The notes below the pieces were generated by a model. The model saw only the letters and a list, made by a program, of their open reading frames with translations, was not told where the DNA came from and made no database searches. This document shows positions 15,875 to 18,880 of a stretch of DNA of 18,880 bases, piece after piece. The DNA lies in the IMG/VR virus record IMGVR_UViG_2740892422_000003, positions 1 to 18,880 of that record; one strand, given 5' to 3'. Made by a program: the position numbers and the translations under genes. The first letter of the stretch is position 1. Every line of letters begins with the position of its first letter. The stretch comes from a virus. Lineage: Duplodnaviria > Heunggongvirae > Uroviricota > Caudoviricetes.

Positions 15875-16661
15875 AAATTGTCCGTCCAAATAATCCTGAC
15901 GGTTATCGTAACATGGGAATGGTCTGATTTTCTGCTAACAGCACAACACTAGGCTATGTGGTTCGGTCTGATAGTGGGCTTCTTCATCCAAAATGATTTA
16001 GTTGGGTTACCAACACAAATCTATTTCTCACATCGTCATAGGCGTCACCAGACGCATTTTAAACCCTTTAGTAACAAACCCTACCCCGCGCACCAAGTGT
16101 AAAAGATCCGAAGCGTGGCGTGGCGCTGGTAGGGTCATATGATGGCGAAATAAATCTTTCGCAGACAAAAACGGCGCTACACCGCACCCGCCTGCGGTTT
16201 CTGGATCTGGAAATTTTTTCAGTTTTATTTTTCTACAAACCAGACCGCCAGACCGCACCATTACTGGCGGCTTTGCAGATAATCAGAACTGAAATGATTG
16301 AAAAGAATTTCAGTGTTTTTCACTTTCATGGATCTGTGGAGGATCGAATACAAAATGTAACCAGCAGAAAAATAAGGGGAAATAATTTTTTTGTGAGTGG
16401 GAAGGATCGTTTTTGTTTTCTGGTTGTTTTCGTCGTAGAAAAGCCGAGGCCAGATTTAGCAAGGCATAGGGACAATTAGAAGGTTCATAGAAAACTGAAA
16501 AAACTGCATGCATGTCGTGGAAACTAGCGAGCTAACAATTGCATCGAAATCTAATTTTAATCTTGGAACTTGAGAAAACTTTTGTCAAATTAGTTGTCGC
16601 TTTTTAGTTGTGGATATCCTTCCGATGTTTACTTGGCAGAGCTTACATTAAGGCATTCGAT

Positions 16662-17780
16662 ATGACTGAAAAATTCACCGCAATTTTGTTAGATACGAGT
16701 ATCTACGATCAGTACGGATTAAAGCTTGAGAAAGGACTGCTGGGTAAGCTTTCCCAGTTCAGCAGAACCCCGACAACGTTTTTGATACCGGATGTAATTT
16801 ACAATGAAGTTAAAAATCATCTTGAAAGAAAAATCAAGACATCACGTGGCTCCCTTGAGAAAGCTTTCGAAGAAGCTGGCGATCATCTTTTTTTTGATGG
16901 AAGCGAACTAAATGATGCAAGAAAAACATTGATTGAAAGCAGAGAAGTTGAAGGATTAGGAAAGAGCAGATTAGACAGATTTGTTGGCGTAACAGATGCG
17001 AAGGTTCTAACTACAGGGGATTATGTTTCGGTACCTGAACTCCTTGAACGATACTTCTCTTCTGAAGCTCCTTTCGCAGATACAGGTAAGAAAAAAAATG
17101 AGTTTCCCGATGCAATAACATTAATGGCCGTCCAAGCCTGGGCTAAAGAGAATGGTGAAAATGTTCTTGCTGTAGCAAGAGATGACGACTGGCAGAGATT
17201 TTGTATTGATGCTGAGAATTTGCACTATGAACCTGACTTATCAAACGCTTTAGCACACTTCAATGAAGAAACCGCACCTTATGAACTAATTGATAACTTA
17301 CAAAAAGCACTTGCTGAAGGACAAGCCGGTAAATTCTTGCATGATGTTGCTGTACACCTTGAGTCAACCTTTGAAGGATTTGCACCAGAACAAGAGGCAG
17401 ATTCATATTTATACTGGGAGGCTGACGGATGCTCAGGTGGATTTGAAGATTTTGAGTTTACAGATAACCACTTCACTGTCATCGACAAGGATGAAAACTG
17501 GGTTGTTATAGAAGCATTTGCAGACATTTCACTTTACGCAGAAGGTGATTTCTCCCTATCGGTTTACGATTCATTCGACAAAGACCATGCTTACATGGGG
17601 TCAATTACCAAGCGAGCCGAGGAAACATATACATCCAGAATACTTATCACAATCTCCGGAGACTTATCAGGTTCTATAGATGATTTGACCGTTGACGATG
17701 TGGAAGTGATCGAGCGTCCAACGTCGATGGATTTTGGGGAGCTTGAATTAGAGTATGAGCCTGACGAGCAAGACTTGTAA
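16662..17780 (+). CDS. PIN-like domain protein with a strongly acidic C-terminal region (372 aa)
   Basis: Start at the ATG (MTEKFTAILLDTSIYDQYG) preceded by TAAGG. The N-terminus has a PIN-like acidic signature (ILLDTSIY; later EFPDAITLMAV, ARDDDW). The C-terminal roughly 150 aa are very D/E-rich (EADGCSGGFEDFEFTDNHF...DDLTVDDVEVIERPTSMDFGELELEYEPDEQDL). Low GC. Confidence 0.65.
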   Translation: MTEKFTAILLDTSIYDQYGLKLEKGLLGKLSQFSRTPTTFLIPDVIYNEVKNHLERKIKTSRGSLEKAFEEAGDHLFFDGSELNDARKTLIESREVEGLGKSRLDRFVGVTDAKVLTTGDYVSVPELLERYFSSEAPFADTGKKKNEFPDAITLMAVQAWAKENGENVLAVARDDDWQRFCIDAENLHYEPDLSNALAHFNEETAPYELIDNLQKALAEGQAGKFLHDVAVHLESTFEGFAPEQEADSYLYWEADGCSGGFEDFEFTDNHFTVIDKDENWVVIEAFADISLYAEGDFSLSVYDSFDKDHAYMGSITKRAEETYTSRILITISGDLSGSIDDLTVDDVEVIERPTSMDFGELELEYEPDEQDL

Positions 17781-17884
17781 CAACTATGATTAGGCACTAT
17801 CGCTGTCGCCATTTTGTCGCCAACTCGATTGCAGTTTCGTTGTAACTAATTGAATTTAATCTTTTTTATTTTCAGGCAACAAAA

Positions 17885-17915
17885 AACCCATCATCTTTAG
17901 AGCATGATGGGTTTA
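17885..17915. terminator. Bidirectional rho-independent terminator between convergent cargo genes
   Basis: AAAAAA, then stem CCCATCAT, a 9-nt loop, stem ATGATGGG, then TTTA, at about 17881-17915 between the PIN-like gene (ends 17780) and the convergent HEPN-like gene (ends 17924). Confidence 0.6.
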
Positions 17916-17923
17916 TAACTTGC

Positions 17924-18733
17924 TTATTCTTTTTTTTCATCCCACGATTCAAGAATAAACATAGTTAGTGTATGTGCAGCATTGATGGCTAATCGTGCGT
18001 GTCGGGGCTTGAGATTGTAAATTTTTCGTCCTGCGCCATGAGCTGAACTCGCATGAGTTCTTAGCGAGCCGATACCATCGGTGAGAGAATATAAGCCGCT
18101 CAAAATGCGTTTTAAGTCCTCATCTTCTACCGCTTTAGTGTCAAGACCTAAATGTTCACGAACGGTCTTCCACAAGCCCTGCAAATCCTGCTTCGCAGGA
18201 ATCGGTAGGTTTTCATCTGCGATAAAAATTTTAAATGTTGATTCTAATATATTACAGGCTGCTGATACTGCTTCTCTTGGGTCAGTATGCAAGTTTTCTA
18301 AAGCTCTTGCGAATTCCATTTCTACTGCTGGAGTATTACGTTTCTGGATAGCTTCTTTCAAGGAAAGGGATGCTAGTGATGCTCCATCAGTAATGTAACC
18401 GCCAGTCACATAGTTCAGCCCATAACGACCAAGTAGTTCCGGCATTTTTTTAACAAACTCGACTTTCTTTTTTTCCCACTCATAGTATGGATTGGCGGGT
18501 AACTCTGACTCCATATAGGTTTCGATTAAGCGACCAAGTAAAACTAATGGTTCATCAGATTCTTTATTAATACGCCTTAACCATTCGAGAGCTTTAACGT
18601 GCTTAGATCCTTCGGGTGGTTCCCCTGGCGCATCAGCATAGGCAAACAAACTATCCAAACTAGCATGGGTTTCAGTGCTAGCAACGAAGTCAGCTACAAC
18701 AGATATTACAGGTTGAGGTATTGGCCGTCCCAT
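17924..18733 (-). CDS. HEPN-like / abortive-infection (Abi_C-like) protein (269 aa)
   Basis: The C-terminal segment GSLRTHASSAHGAGRK fits the HEPN R-x(4-6)-H motif found in Abi_C-type domains, followed by NAAHTLTMFIL. Low GC. Lies next to the right att repeat. Confidence 0.6.
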   Translation of the reverse strand: MGRPIPQPVISVVADFVASTETHASLDSLFAYADAPGEPPEGSKHVKALEWLRRINKESDEPLVLLGRLIETYMESELPANPYYEWEKKKVEFVKKMPELLGRYGLNYVTGGYITDGASLASLSLKEAIQKRNTPAVEMEFARALENLHTDPREAVSAACNILESTFKIFIADENLPIPAKQDLQGLWKTVREHLGLDTKAVEDEDLKRILSGLYSLTDGIGSLRTHASSAHGAGRKIYNLKPRHARLAINAAHTLTMFILESWDEKKE

Positions 18734-18830
18734 ATCTACTCCATCAGCGGGTCAATTTTGAACTTAGTGGACGCAAAGTGGACATTGCATAAAAAAAGGG
18801 ACTACGTTTTCACGTAACCCCTTGTTTTAA

Positions 18831-18880
18831 TTGGTGGAGCTGGCGGGAGTTGAACCCGCGTCCGAAATTCCTACATCCTC
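18831..18880 (-). repeat. ssrA: Right att direct repeat: 3' end of ssrA (tmRNA), probably the end of the intact gene whose body lies beyond the window
   Basis: Identical to bases 1-50. The reverse complement is the tmRNA 3' tRNA-like end with CCA. For a minus-strand ssrA the gene body would lie at coordinates above 18880. Confidence 0.85.

Larger units (their letters stand above)
1..18880. mobile_element. ssrA-integrated 186/P2-like prophage-derived element carrying lysogeny, replication and head-packaging modules plus cargo genes, without tail or lysis genes
   Basis: Perfect 50-bp direct repeats at both ends, a tyrosine integrase inside, and phage regulatory, replication and capsid genes in P2/186-like order. 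Confidence 0.8.

Noticed and set aside
16028-16513. Track ORFs of 67-119 aa in the 15890-16661 gap
   Set aside because: Low-complexity translations, overlapping each other, no RBS. The region is treated as noncoding and reported as a finding instead.
1-18880. CRISPR arrays, complete tRNA/tmRNA or rRNA genes, IS elements with terminal inverted repeats
   Set aside because: No regularly spaced repeat-spacer array seen. Only the 50-nt 3' fragments of ssrA are present, not a complete RNA gene. No transposase-like ORF recognised.

Overview
The window is one complete integrated element (about 18.8 kb) bounded by two identical 50-nt direct repeats (1-50 and 18831-18880) that match the 3' end of the tmRNA gene ssrA. 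Inside is a phage 186/P2-like (Fels-2-like) backbone: tyrosine integrase, CI-type repressor, a divergent early operon (Cro/Apl-like, CII-like, small unknown ORFs, Dam methylase, rolling-circle replication protein A), an Ogr/Delta zinc-finger late activator, and a head/packaging module (portal Q, terminase P, scaffold O, major capsid N). No tail sheath, tube, tape-measure, fibre or lysis genes are present. Where the small terminase and tail genes would sit there is a single 630-aa ORF with a small-terminase-like N-terminus and a baseplate-spike-like C-terminus. Both arms carry lower-GC cargo: a membrane protein next to the integrase on the left, and on the right a hexapeptide acetyltransferase, a PIN-like protein with an acidic tail, and a HEPN/Abi-like protein. 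These cargo genes are the best candidates for an undescribed anti-phage or host-modifying system. All homology calls rest on motif recognition and recalled family sequences, not on any search. Hand-indexed motif coordinates may be off by 1-2 nt.
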